A DNA stretch of 64,000 nucleotides from Macrostomum lignano (taxonomy: Eukaryota). Positions 1-11,129 of the stretch are shown piece by piece. Made by a program: the position numbers and the translations under genes. The stretch's first letter is position 1; each line of letters opens with the position of its first letter. Location of the stretch: assembly GCA_002269645.1 (NCBI GenBank), contig NIVC01001592.1:124001-188000 (forward strand), given 5' to 3'. The notes under the pieces are model-generated. The model did no database searches, was not told where the DNA came from, and was given only the letters and a program-made list of their open reading frames with translations.

Positions 1-585
1 TCCCTAGGGTCCTACAATATGCCGCTGGTTCCCTAGGGTCCTACAATGAGCTGCTGGTTTCCTAGGGTCCTACAATATGCCGCTGGTTCCCTAGGGTCCT
101 ACAATAGGCCGCTGGTTCCCTAGGGTCCTACAATATGCCGCTGGTTCCCTAGGGTCCTACAATATGCCGCTGGTTCCCTAGGGTCCTACAATAGGCCGCT
201 GGTTCCCTAGGGTCCTACAATAAGCTGCTGCCTGCTGGTTTCCTAGGGTCCTACAATAGGCCGCTGGTTTCCTAGGGTCCTACAATAAGCTGCTGCCTGC
301 TGGTTTCCTAGGGTCCTACAATAGGCCGCTGGTTCCCTAGGGTCCTACAATAAGCTGCTGCCTGCTGGTTTCCTAGGGTCCTACAATAGGCCGCTGGTTT
401 CCTAGGGTCCTACAATAGGCCGCTGGTTCCCTAGGGTCCTACAATAAGCTGCTGCCTGCTGGTTTCCTAGGGTCCTACAGTATGGGCCGCTGGTTCCCCA
501 GGGTCCTACAATATGGGCCGCTGTTGGGTGACGAATCGTAGGACCCTGGGTAATCAGCTGACGCTGGTTCCCCAGGGTCCTACAC
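1..585. repeat. Intronic minisatellite, 29-bp unit CCCTAGGGTCCTACAATATGCCGCTGGTT
   Basis: Direct tandem copies ending just before the AFG1L acceptor. Confidence 0.95.
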
Positions 586-592
586 TGACCAG

Positions 593-2352
593 ATACAGCC
601 GCAACCCGTCATGCACCGCAGGGCGCCTACGACCCCATCGGGCCAGTGGCTGCCGACATCGCCAGCCGGACCCGCCTGCTCTGCCTGGACGAATTCCAAG
701 TGACGGACATCGCCGACGCGATGATTCTGAAACGCCTGTTCACCGTGCTGTTCGCCTCCGGCCTGGTGCTGGTGGCCTCGTCAAACCGGGCCCCGGACGA
801 CCTGTACAAGAACGGGCTTCAGCGGGTGAACTTCCTGCCATTCATACCCATTCTGAAGCGGCACTGCGGCATTGTGGAACTCGGCTCCGGGGTGGATTAT
901 CGCAGACTGGCCCGGGACAAAGACGCTGCTGCTGGCTCTAGCGGCTCCATGCGTACCTACTTTCTATCTGGCGATGCCGATTCTAGCGTTGCCATGGAGA
1001 CGCTTTGGAAGCGATTGTGCTCGGCCGAGGCGGGCCCGGCCGGGCCGACCCGTCTGCGCGTGTTTGGCCGAGACGTCAGCTTTGACAAGTGCAAAGGCGG
1101 CCTGCTGTGGGCGAGCTTTGATCAGCTGTGCTGCCAGCCGCTGGCGGCCGCCGACTATGTGGCCGTGTGCCAGCGCTTCCACTGCCTGTTTCTGCACGGC
1201 GTTCCAGTGCTGTCGCTGCAGAACCGGAGCGCTATGCGGAGGTTTATTACCCTGATAGATACTATCTATGATAATAGGTGAGGATTAATTTCACTTTGTC
1301 GCTTTCGGGTCTTTATTGACGCTTTTATGGTGTGGCGCTTTGTAGATTTTGGCGCTTCTGTGGTGTGGCGCTTTGTAGATTTTGGCGCTTCTGTGGTGTG
1401 GCGCTTTGTAGATTTTGGCGCTTTTGTGGTGTGGCGCTTTTGTGTAGATTTTGGCGCTTTTGTGGTGTGTCGCTTTGTAGATTTTGGCGCTTTTGTGGTG
1501 TGGCGCTTTGTAGATTTTGGCGCTTCTGTGGTGTGGCGCTTTGTAGATTTTGGCGCTTTTGTGGTGTGGCGCTTTTGTGTAGATTTTGGCGCTTTTGTGG
1601 TGTGTCGCTTTGTAGATTTTGGCGCTTTTGTGGTGTGGCGCTTTGTAGATTTTGGCGTTTTTGTGGTGTGGCGCTTTGTAGATTTTGGCGTTTTTGTGGT
1701 GTGGCGCTTTGTAGATTTTGGCGTTTTTGTGGTGTGGCGCTTTGTAGATTTTGGCGTTTTTGTGGTGTGGCGCTTTTGTGTAGATTTTGGCGCTTTTGTG
1801 GTGTGTCGCTTTGTAGATTTTGGCGCTTTTGTGGTGTGGCGCTTTGTAGATTTTGGCGTTTTTGTGGTGTGGCGCTTTGTAGATTTTGGCGTTTTTGTGG
1901 TGTGGCGCTTTGTAGATTTTGGCGTTTTTGTGGTGTGGCGCTTTGTAGATTTTGGCGCTTTTGTGTAGATTTTGGCGCTTCTGTGGTGTGGCGCTTTGTT
2001 TACTGCTTACAGGTGATTATAGCTATGATAATTATCTATAGGCCAGGCATTCTTTAATCGCTCAGTCACCCCGCACCGCTGCCTCAGGTGCCGCCTAGTA
2101 ATAAGTGCGGCCGAGCCACCCGAGAGCCTGTTCCAGCCGGGCGACTCGTTGGACGAGGCCGAGCTGCACCGGATGCGCGTCCTTCGCGACGATCTGGGCG
2201 TGTCTCAGCACGGGCCCAACGCTGAATCGGCGGGGGCGACCATCTTCACGGGCGAGGAGGAGGTGTTCGCTCACGAGCGCACTGTGTCCCGCCTGACCGA
2301 GATGATGTCAGCTCAGTACTGGAGTGTGTCAGCTAGAGATGCTATCATCTGA
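593..2352 (+). CDS. AFG1L: AFG1-like mitochondrial ATPase (LACE1), last two exons 593-1277 and 2088-2352; 5' exons lie outside the window
   Basis: [12 protein letters not shown]...[22 protein letters not shown] (Walker B region of the AFG1 family), [31 protein letters not shown]-terminal [23 protein letters not shown] at 1278 and AG at 2086-2087 join in phase 2. Confidence 0.93.
1325..2000. repeat. Intronic minisatellite, 33-bp GT-rich unit
   Basis: GTGGTGTGGCGCTTTGTAGATTTTGGCGCTTTT tandem copies in the AFG1L intron. Confidence 0.95.
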
Positions 2353-2508
2353 GGCATACAAGATTGATACAATGTTAGCCTTTTTCAATTAGATTTTAGA
2401 TTTGCTACCTCTGAGCTCAGTGAAAAACTTTTTCTTCTGTCATCAAGTTGAATCGGAAAACTGGGTGCTTCAATGCTTCACTTCTTTACCCTCGTGTATA
2501 ATGGATTA

Positions 2509-2514
2509 AATAAA
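2509..2514 (+). terminator. Candidate poly(A) signal of AFG1L
   Basis: AATAAA ~155 nt after the stop codon at 2352. Confidence 0.5.
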
Positions 2515-2686
2515 GTACACATTGTCCTTGGCCTGACACACTTTGCAGGCGCTCAGTTTCTTATTTTACGTGTATCTAGAACTTTTTGTTCTTAGATTAC
2601 AATTACGTATTTTTGATTTGATTTTTCTTGCTTCTTGCTTATAACTTGCTGATAGGTAATCTTAAACCGACTTCCTTGATATTCAG

Positions 2687-2928
2687 TGCATGTCTCCCGC
2701 TCACTCTCTTACTCCAATGTACATTCTCCCCCACTACACCAACTTCATGAATGTACAGTGTCTCCCGCTCACTCTCTTACCCCAATGTACATTCTCTCTC
2801 CCCACAACCAACTTCATGAATGTACAGTGTCTCCCGCTCACTCTCTTACCCCAATGTACATTCTCTCTCCCCACAACCAACTTCATTAATCTAGTGTCTC
2901 CCGCTCACTCTCTTACCCCAATGTACAT
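2687..2928. repeat. Short tandem array, ~69-bp unit
   Basis: GTGTCTCCCGCTCACTCTCTTACCCCAATGTACATT repeated about 4 times. Confidence 0.9.
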
Positions 2929-2952
2929 TTGAAATTGCTTTTATGCCCGCAG

Positions 2953-5143
2953 TCGACGCCAAGGATTTTCCTCCAGCCCAGATTGGCTGCGGCAGCTGCG
3001 CCGGCTTATCTGATTGGCTGCCGGCGCGGCCTGGCCAGCAAGCCAAAAACGAAGGTCTACCATGCGCTGCCATTCACCCAGCTAGTCAAGAAGCAGCTGC
3101 TCAATCTGCGCTGTGTTATAGGCTGGCGTCGGGATCCATATTTGAAGGTGGCCAAAAGTTTGTACTGCGTCTGCGCCGAGTATCCCGATCACAGCGGCGA
3201 GTGGATTGCTAGACTGGGCCTGGACGACTCTTTTGCCACCTGGCATGGCATCACCTCGCTGCACCTTTGGCTTGTTATGCAAAGACTGCGGGCAATCTGC
3301 GAGCAGACCGTGTCCAAGGGTTCGGTTGATATCGACTATTCCACTACCTATGTGCTCTACGGCATGGGCCGCCTGTTTCACGCAGACATTCGCCAACGAC
3401 TGCACGACTTCCCCACCGTGTCTACTAAAATTCGAACTGCCGGGCAGCTGTTTAATCAGTTTCAGCATGTCAACTTTCTGTACAAACTGGCCTATACAGA
3501 TACTGATATGGCTCTGGCTGAGGTGCTGTGGAAACAGGTGGGTGCTCTGACTTTTAGCGAGCTCGGTTTCATTGAGCAGCTGTTGATTCTCATTGAGTAG
3601 CTGTTGAGTCTGATTGAGTAGCTGTTGATTCTCATTGAGTAGCTGTTGATTCTCATTGAGTAGCTGTTGATTCTCATTGAGTAGCTGTTGATTCTCATTG
3701 AGTAGCTGTTGAGTCTGATTGAGTAGCTGTTGATTCTCATTGAGTAGCTGTTGATTCTCATTGAGTAGCTGTTGATTCTCATTGAGTAGCTGTTGAGTCT
3801 CATTGAGTCTCATTGAGTAGCTGTTGATTCTCATTGAGTAGCTGTTGAGTCTCATTGAGTCTCATTGAGTAGCTGTTGATTCTCATTGAGTAGCTGTTGA
3901 GTCTCATTGAGTCTCATTGAGTAGCTGTTGATTCTCATTGAGTAGCTGTTGATTCTCATTGAGTAGCTGTTGATTCTCATTGAGTAGCTGTTGAGTCTGA
4001 TTGAGTAGCTGTTGATTCTCATTGAGTAGCTGTTGATTCTCATTGAGTAGCTGTTGATTCTCATTGAGTAGCTGTTGAGCCTGATTGAGTAGCTGTTGAT
4101 TCTCATTGAGTAGCTGTAGATTCTCATTGAGTAGCTGATGATTCTCATTGAGTAGCTGTAGATTCTCATTGAGTAGCTGTAGATTCTCATTGAGTAGCTG
4201 TTGATTCTCATTGAGTAGCTGTTGATTCTCATTGAGTAGCTGTTGATTCTCATTGAGTAGCTGTTGAGCCTGATTGAGTAGCTGTTGATTCTCATTGAGT
4301 AGCTGTAGATTCTCATTGAGTAGCTGATGATTCTCATTGAGTAGCTGTAGATTCTCATTGAGTAGCTGTTGATTCTCATTGAGTAGCTGTTGATTCTCAT
4401 TGAGTAGCTGATGATTCTCATTGAGTAGCTGTTGATTCTCATTGAGTAGCTGTTGATTCTCATTGAGTAGCTGTTGAGTCTCATTGAGTAGCTGTTGATT
4501 CTCATTGAGTAGCTGATGATTCTTATTGAGTAGCTGTTGATTCTCATTGAGTAGCTGATGATTCTTATTGAGTAGCTGTTGAGTCTCATTGAGTAGCTGT
4601 TGGTTCTCATTGAGTAGCTGTTGAGTCTGATTGAGTAGCTGTTGATTCTCATTGAGTAGCTGTTGATTCTCATTGAGTAGCTGTTGAATCTGATTGAGTA
4701 GCTGTTGGTTCTCATTGAGTAGCTGTTGAGTCTCATTCAGCAGCTGAGTCTCATTCAGCAGCTGAGTCTCATTCAGCAGCTGAGTCTCATTCAGCAGCTG
4801 AGTCTCATTCAGCAGCTGAGTCTCATTCAGCAGCTGAGTTCGCACCCAAGGCTTCCTTCCCTATTGCGTTCTCAACCCCCCCCCCCAGGTTTGCCACAGC
4901 TCGCCTAACGTGGACGCCGAAAGCCTGAACCTGCTAGTCCGCTACGTGAGAGCCAATTATCGCCATTTGTCTACCGTGCCCAACTCCGATCTGGTTGACA
5001 ACGGCATAGCAACCTTTCTGCCGTTGGTGCCGAAGCCGTCTCGAGACGAGACCAAGGCCTGGATGAGGCAGCGGCTGAAGCACGCTCTGGCGCCGCAGTC
5101 CACTGTGCAGCGAGCTGGGCAGCAACAGGGCGGTAGCTATTAA
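2953..5143 (+). CDS. UQCC1: Ubiquinol-cytochrome c reductase complex chaperone (CBP3 family); exons 2953-3537 and 4889-5143; no in-frame ATG at the 5' end
   Basis: LGLDDSFATWHGITSLHLWLVMQRLR, AYTDTDMALAEVLWK and LNLLVRYVR resemble CBP3 motifs. Arg-rich, acid-free N-terminus resembles a mitochondrial presequence. GT 3538 / AG 4887-4888, phase 0. Confidence 0.82.
3565..4838. repeat. Intronic minisatellite, 21-bp unit switching to an 18-bp variant
   Basis: TTGATTCTCATTGAGTAGCTG, then TCATTCAGCAGCTGAGTC from ~4725. Confidence 0.96.
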
Positions 5144-5384
5144 TTATTAGCTATATTAAAAGCTAGTTTAATAAGCATTGTATATGCATGACTGTTCACT
5201 CGCCATGTATATGGATAGTTATTATTAAATTCTAATTGTACTGTTGGTTTGTTTTCGTGTTTTATAATCGCTAATGTATGATGTGAGATCAAGTATTGCA
5301 ACTTTTTCAGTTCTTGAATATTTGCAGTCTAAGAAACATCCTTCAGGTGAAAAATCTGTTTAAAAGACCCCTCGTCCCCGATAA

Positions 5385-5640
5385 TGTACATTCAGCCTGA
5401 CCAACCCCTCGCCCCCGATAATGTACATTCAGCCTGACCAACCCCTCGTCCCCGATAATGTACATTCAGCCTAACCGACCCCTCGTCCCCGATAATGTAC
5501 ATTCAGCCTGACCAACCCCTCACCCCCAATAAAGTACATTTAGCATTGGTCAACCCCTCGTCTCCGATAATGTACATTCAGCCTGCATGGTCAACCCCTC
5601 ACCCGCGATAATGTACATTTAGCCTGACCAACCCCTCATC
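5385..5640. repeat. Tandem array, ~41-bp unit
   Basis: ACCCCTCGTCCCCGATAATGTACATTCAGCCTGACC repeats. Confidence 0.9.
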
Positions 5641-5959
5641 CTACGTTAAAATTCTAAGTTAATTGTCCTAGCCAAGACCTCAAAGTTCTCAAACAGACTA
5701 TAATCTGTCTATTTATCTAGACAGATGTTCACTGATGCAGTTTTTCATGTCTATTTTTGTTTGCTAGTATCTCGATTTGTTCAAATTGCATCTTACAAAT
5801 ATATGATGAAAAATGTGTTGAGTTTATTCAGTACCCGATAATTCAGCCGCTTATTCTTCTCTTATGAGCTGTCTGCATTGCTTTCTCTGGTGAAGACTTT
5901 CTGGTTAATCTACTGGCCTTACAGCTCTTCAAGCTGGGTCACCGGCAGCCTTCCAGGTT

Positions 5960-6955
5960 CTCAGTTGTTAGGCCAGCCTCCCAGATCCTCAGTTGCTATT
6001 CCAGCCTCCCATATCCTCAGTCGCTGGGCCAGCCTCAAAGATCCTCAGGGGCCAGCCTCCCGGATCCTCAGTTGCTATTCCAGCCTCCCATATCCTCAGT
6101 TGCTGGGCCAGCCTCAAAGATCCTCAGGGGCCAGCCTCCCATATCCTCAGTTGCTGGGCCAGCCTCACAGATCCTCAGGGGCCAGCCTCCCATATCCTCA
6201 GTTGCTGGGCCAGCCTCCCATATCCTCAGTTGCTGGGCCAGCCTCCCATATCCTCAGTTGCTGGGCCAGCCTCTCAGATCCTCAGTTGCTGGGCCAGCCT
6301 CCCATTATCCTCAGTTGCTGGGCCAGCCTCCCAGATCCTCAGCTGCTGGGCCAGCCTCCCATTATCCTCAGTTGCTGGGCCAGCCTCCCATTATCCTCAG
6401 TTGCTGGGCCAGCCTCTCAGATCCTCAGTTGCTGGGCCAGCCTCCCATTATCCTCAGTTGCTGGGCCAGCCTCCCATTATCCTCAGTTGCTGGGCCAGCC
6501 TCTCAGATCCTCAGTTGCTGGGCCAGCCTCTCAGATCCTCAGTTGCTGGGCCAGCCTCTCAGATCCTCAGTTGCTGGGCCAGCCTCTCAGATCCTCATTT
6601 GCTGGGCCAGCCTCTCAGATCCTCAGTTGCTGGGCCAGCCTCCCATTATCCTCAGTTGCTGGGCCAGCCTCCCATTATCCTCAGTTGCTGGGCCAGCCTC
6701 TCAGATCCTCAGTTGCTGGGCCAGCCTCTCAGATCCTCAGTTGCTGGGCCAGCCTCTCAGATCCTCAGTTGCTGGGCCAGCCTCTCAGATCCTCAGTTGC
6801 TGGGCCAGCCTCTCAGATCCTCAGTTGCTGGGCCAGCCTCTCAGATCCTCAGTTGCTGGGCCAGCCTCTCAGATCCTCAGTTGCTGGGCCAGCCTCTCAG
6901 ATCCTCGGTTGCTGGGCCAGCCTCTCAGATCCTCGGTTGCTGGGCCAGCCTCTCT
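5960..6955 (+). repeat. 28-bp minisatellite family X, copy 1
   Basis: GCTGGGCCAGCCTCTCAGATCCTCAGTT tandem copies. Confidence 0.95.
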
Positions 6956-7139
6956 AGATTCTCAGATTCTCAGTGAGGGATATCCGCATCTGTATGCATG
7001 TACATGTAGTGGCCATGCATTCATGCGAATATTAGCTTCAATTCTCTTCAAAGCGCCAGCCGTCGCTACTGGTAAACTACTGCCAGTAGTATCTCAGCGT
7101 GTCTTATTATTTACACGAAAAATCTGCCTGAGCAACGCT

Positions 7140-10100
7140 ATGGCCACCGAGGTCTGCTGCTCCAGCGGTTCCCCTAGCAACAACTCAAACAGCGGCTCCG
7201 GCTCCATTGTCACCGACAGCGGGGTGAGAAACTACATCACTGGCAGCGGCAAAAGCCGCGGTCTGGTGCTCATTCACGACATCTTCGGGCTGGACATTGG
7301 CCAGACTCGCCAGTTTGCCGATGACCTGGCAGCTAAGGCCGAGGCCACTGTGGTCATGCCGGACCTGTTCCACGGCGGAGAGGCCTGGAGCTTGGTCAGG
7401 TACGGAGCTCTTGGGAGCCTTGGGAATCACCTGTTCAACTTTAGGAATCAACTGTTCAACTTTAGGAATCACCTGTTCAACTTTAGGAATCACCTGTTCA
7501 ACCTTGGGAGTCACCTGTTCAACCTTGGGAATCACCTGTTCAACTTTAGGAATCAACTGTTCAACTTTAGGAATCACCTGTTCAATTTTAGGAATCACCT
7601 GTTCAACCTTGGGAATCACCTGTTCAACCTTGGGAATCACCTGTTCAACCTTGGGAATCACCTGTTCAACCTTGGGAATCACCTGTTCAACCTTGGGAAT
7701 CACCTGTTCAACCTTGGGAATCACCTGTTCAACCTTGGGAATCACCTGTTCAACCTTGGGAATCACCTGTTCAACCTTGGGAATCACCTGTTCAACCTTG
7801 GGAATCACCTGTTCAACTTTAGGAATCAACTGTTCATCCTTGGGAATCACCTGTTCAACCTTGGGAATCACCTGTTCAACCTTGGGAATCACCTGTTCAA
7901 CCTTGGGAATCACCTGTTCAACCTTGGGAATCACCTGTTCAACCTTGGGAATCACCTGTTCAACCTTGGGAATCACCTGTTCAACCTTGGGAATCACCTG
8001 TTCAACCTTGGAATCACCTGTTCAACCTTGGGAATCACCTGTTCAACCTTGGGAATCACCTGTTCAACTTTAGGAATCAACTGTTCATCCTTAGGAATCA
8101 CCTGTTCAACTTTAGGAATCAACTGTTCATCCTTGGGAATCACCTGTTCAACCTTGGGAATCACCTGTTCAACCTTGGGAATCACCTGTTCAACCTTGGG
8201 AATCACCTGTTCAACCTTGGGAATCACCTGTTCAACCTTGGGAATCACCTGTTCAACCTTGGGAATCACCTGTTCAACCTTGGGAATCACCTGTTCAACT
8301 TTAGGAATCAACTGTTCATCCTTGGGAATCACCTGTTCAACTTTAGGAATCAACTGTTCATCCTTGGGAATCACCTGTTCAACCTTGGGAATCACCTGTT
8401 CAACCTTGGGAATCACCTGTTCAACCTTGGGAATCACCTGTTCAACCTTGGGAATCACCTGTTCAACCTTGGGAATCACCTGTTCAACCTTGGGAATCAC
8501 CTGTTCAACCTTGGGAATCACCTGTTCATCCTTGGGAATCACCTGTTTATCTCACCTCACAACCTCACAACAATGATACCTGGAATCCCCATCCGGCCGC
8601 AGATTCCCGCCCCCTGACAAGACCGAATTCGGCAACTGGCTGTCAACAACGGCCAACGCTGACAAGGCCGCGAAGGCAATCCTGGACCAGACGGTGCCGC
8701 TGTTGAAGCACCGAATCGACCCGAGCGCCAAGCTGGCTCTGCTGGGCTTCTGCTGGGGCGCCAAGCCGGCCATGCTGCTGGCAGCCGCTGCCGGTTCGCC
8801 TTTCACCTGCGCCGCCTCCGCGCATCCGGCCTTTCTAACGGCTGACCTTGTCAGGGCTGTGCGAGTGAGCGGCTGGGGAGAGGGGAACAGAGAGGGGAAG
8901 GGAAAGGGAGAAGGAAGGAGAGAGGGAGAGAAGAGAGGAGAGAAGGGGAGAAGGGAGGAGAGACGGGGGAGAAGGGAGGAGAGACGGGGGAGAAGGGAGG
9001 AGAGAGGGGAGAAGAGAGTAGAGGGGAGAAGGGAGGAGAGAGGGGAGAAGAGAGTAAAGAGGGAAGAAGGGAGGAGAGAGGGGAGAAGAGAGTAAAGAGG
9101 GAAGAAGGGAGGAGAGAGGGGAGAAGAGAGTAAAGAGGGAAGAAGGGAGGAGAGAGGGGAGAAGGGAGGAGAGACGGGGGAGAAGGGAGGAGAGACGGGG
9201 AGAAGAGAGTAGAGGGGAGAAGGGAGGAGAGAGGGGAGAAGAGAGTAAAGAGGGAAGAAGGGAGGAGAGAGGGGAGAAGGGAGGAGAGACGGGGGAGAAG
9301 GGAGGAGAGACGGGGAGAAGGGAGGAGAGATGGGAAGAAGGGAGAAGATAGGGGAAGAAGGGAGGAGAGAGTGGGAGAAGAGAGTAAAGAGGGGAGAAGG
9401 GAGGAGAGAGGGGAGAAGGGAGGAGAGACGGGGGAGAAGGGAGGAGAGAGGGGAGAAGGGAGGAGAGAGGGGAGAAGGGAGGAGAGAGGGGAGAAGGGAG
9501 GAGAGAGGGGAAGAAGGGAGGAGAGAGGGGAAGAAGGGAGGAGAGAGGGGAAGAAGGGAGGAGAGAGGGGAAGAAGGGAGGAGAGATGGGGAGAAGGGAG
9601 GAGAGAGGGGAAGAAGGGAGGAGAGAGGGGAAGAAGGGAGGAGAGATGGGAAGAAGGGAGGAGAGATGGGAAGAAGGGAGGAGAGAGGGGAAGAAGGGAG
9701 GAGAGAGGGGAAGAAGGGAGGAGAGATGGGGAGAAGGGAGGAGAGAGGGGAAGAAGGGAGGAGAGAGGGGAGAAGGGAGGAGAGAGGGGAAGAAGGGAGG
9801 AGAGATGGGGAGAAGGGAGGAGAGAGGGGAAGAAGGGAGGAGAGAGGGGAAGAAGGGAGGAGAGAGGGGAAGAAGGGAGGAGAGAGGGGAGATGGAGGAA
9901 AGGTGCTGACATTTACGAAGTAAAAATGACCATGTACTGAACTGGGGCGCAGGCGCCGCGAATAGGCCGCGAGGCCCCTATCGTAAAATGACCATGTAGT
10001 AATGAAATTCTGCACAGCTGCATGCAACTTTAGTTTATAAAAACCGCCCTGCCCAGATGCCCATCGCCCTGCTGCCGGCCAGTGACGATCCGGACATGCA

Positions 10101-10278
10101 GAAGTTGCTGGAGGAGCTGCGCGACCAGCCGTTCTACAGTCGCTGCGTTCACCGACGCTACGACGGCGTCTCGCACGGATTCTGTGCCGCCCGCGGCGAC
10201 CGCAACGACGCCAAGCAGATGGAGAAAATCCTGGACGCTCGCGACACGCTGGCCAAGTTTTTTATTGACAACGCCTGA
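7140..10278 (+). CDS. CMBL: Dienelactone hydrolase / carboxymethylenebutenolidase-like; exons 7140-7399, 8603-8864, 10057-10278
   Basis: LVLIHDIFG, VVMPDLF, nucleophile elbow GFCWG and catalytic His in YDGVSHGF. Junction phases (2, 0) are consistent. Confidence 0.88.
7420..8548. repeat. Intronic minisatellite, 21-bp unit TTGGGAATCACCTGTTCAACC
   Basis: Fills CMBL intron 1. Confidence 0.96.
8880..9900. repeat. Polypurine (GA-rich) intronic array
   Basis: GGAGAAGGGAGGAGAGAGG-type units, with almost no pyrimidines on the + strand. Confidence 0.95.
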
Positions 10279-10404
10279 GGCTGCGTGGGCCGAGAGATGG
10301 TTTTTAAGACTGCATCGTTTTTTGACTGTTTCAATATACAAAATCTTCTTCATTGAAACAGGCTTGAACTCTATGAAATATTTTGTACGTAGCTTTTTTG
10401 CTGT

Positions 10405-10925
10405 TGCTTTTTTATACAGAGTCACAGAGGGTGGGTGACGCAGACAGAGTGACTCAGAGAGGGTGGGTGACGCAGACAGAGTGACTCAGAGAGGGAGTGA
10501 CGCAGACAGAGTGACACAGAGAGGGAGTGACGCAGATAGAGTGACACAGACAGTGACACAGAGGGAGTGACGCAGACAGAGTGACTCAGAGAGGGTGGGT
10601 GACGCAGACAGAGTGACTCAGAGAGGGAGTGACGCAGACAGAGTGACTCAGAGAGGGAGTGACGCAGACAGAGTGACTCAGAGAGGGAGTGACGCAGACA
10701 GAGTGACACAGAGGGAGTGACACAGACAGAGTAACACAGACAGAGTGACAGAGAAGGAGTGACACAGACAGAGTGACACAGACAGAGTGATTCAGAGAGA
10801 GAGAGTGACACAGAGAGGGAGTGATGCAGACAGAGTGACACAGAAAGGGAGTGACGCAGACAGAGTGACTCAGAGAGGGAGTGACGCAGACAGAGTGACA
10901 CAGAAAGGGAGTGACGCTGAGGAGA
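10405..10925. repeat. ~30-bp minisatellite between the convergent 3' ends of CMBL and ENaC
   Basis: GTGACGCAGACAGAGTGACTCAGAGAGGGA repeats. Confidence 0.92.
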
Positions 10926-11129
10926 GAGGTAATGCAAAGAGAATAACTCGCGCAGGGATTTCGCAGGGAGAATCGGTGAGGCGGACTGTAAAACTCGAGC
11001 GTGAATCATTGCAGTGGCACAATTAAACACTAATATATATTTGATACATGTTTAAATCAGCCAGAAATTCTGTTCGTCAGACATTTGTAACCTACTGCTA
11101 GTAGCAATGAAAACATTTTACTGCTAAAT

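Noticed and set aside
1327-4845. [11 protein letters not shown] and QQLLNEN repeat ORFs
   Set aside because: They lie within GT-AG introns of AFG1L and UQCC1 and are open in several frames and strands because the unit length is a multiple of 3.
5878-8576. Long ORFs (834, 359 and 327 aa) with repetitive peptides
   Set aside because: They are stop-free reading of 28-bp and 21-bp minisatellites. Only 7140-7399 is a real exon.
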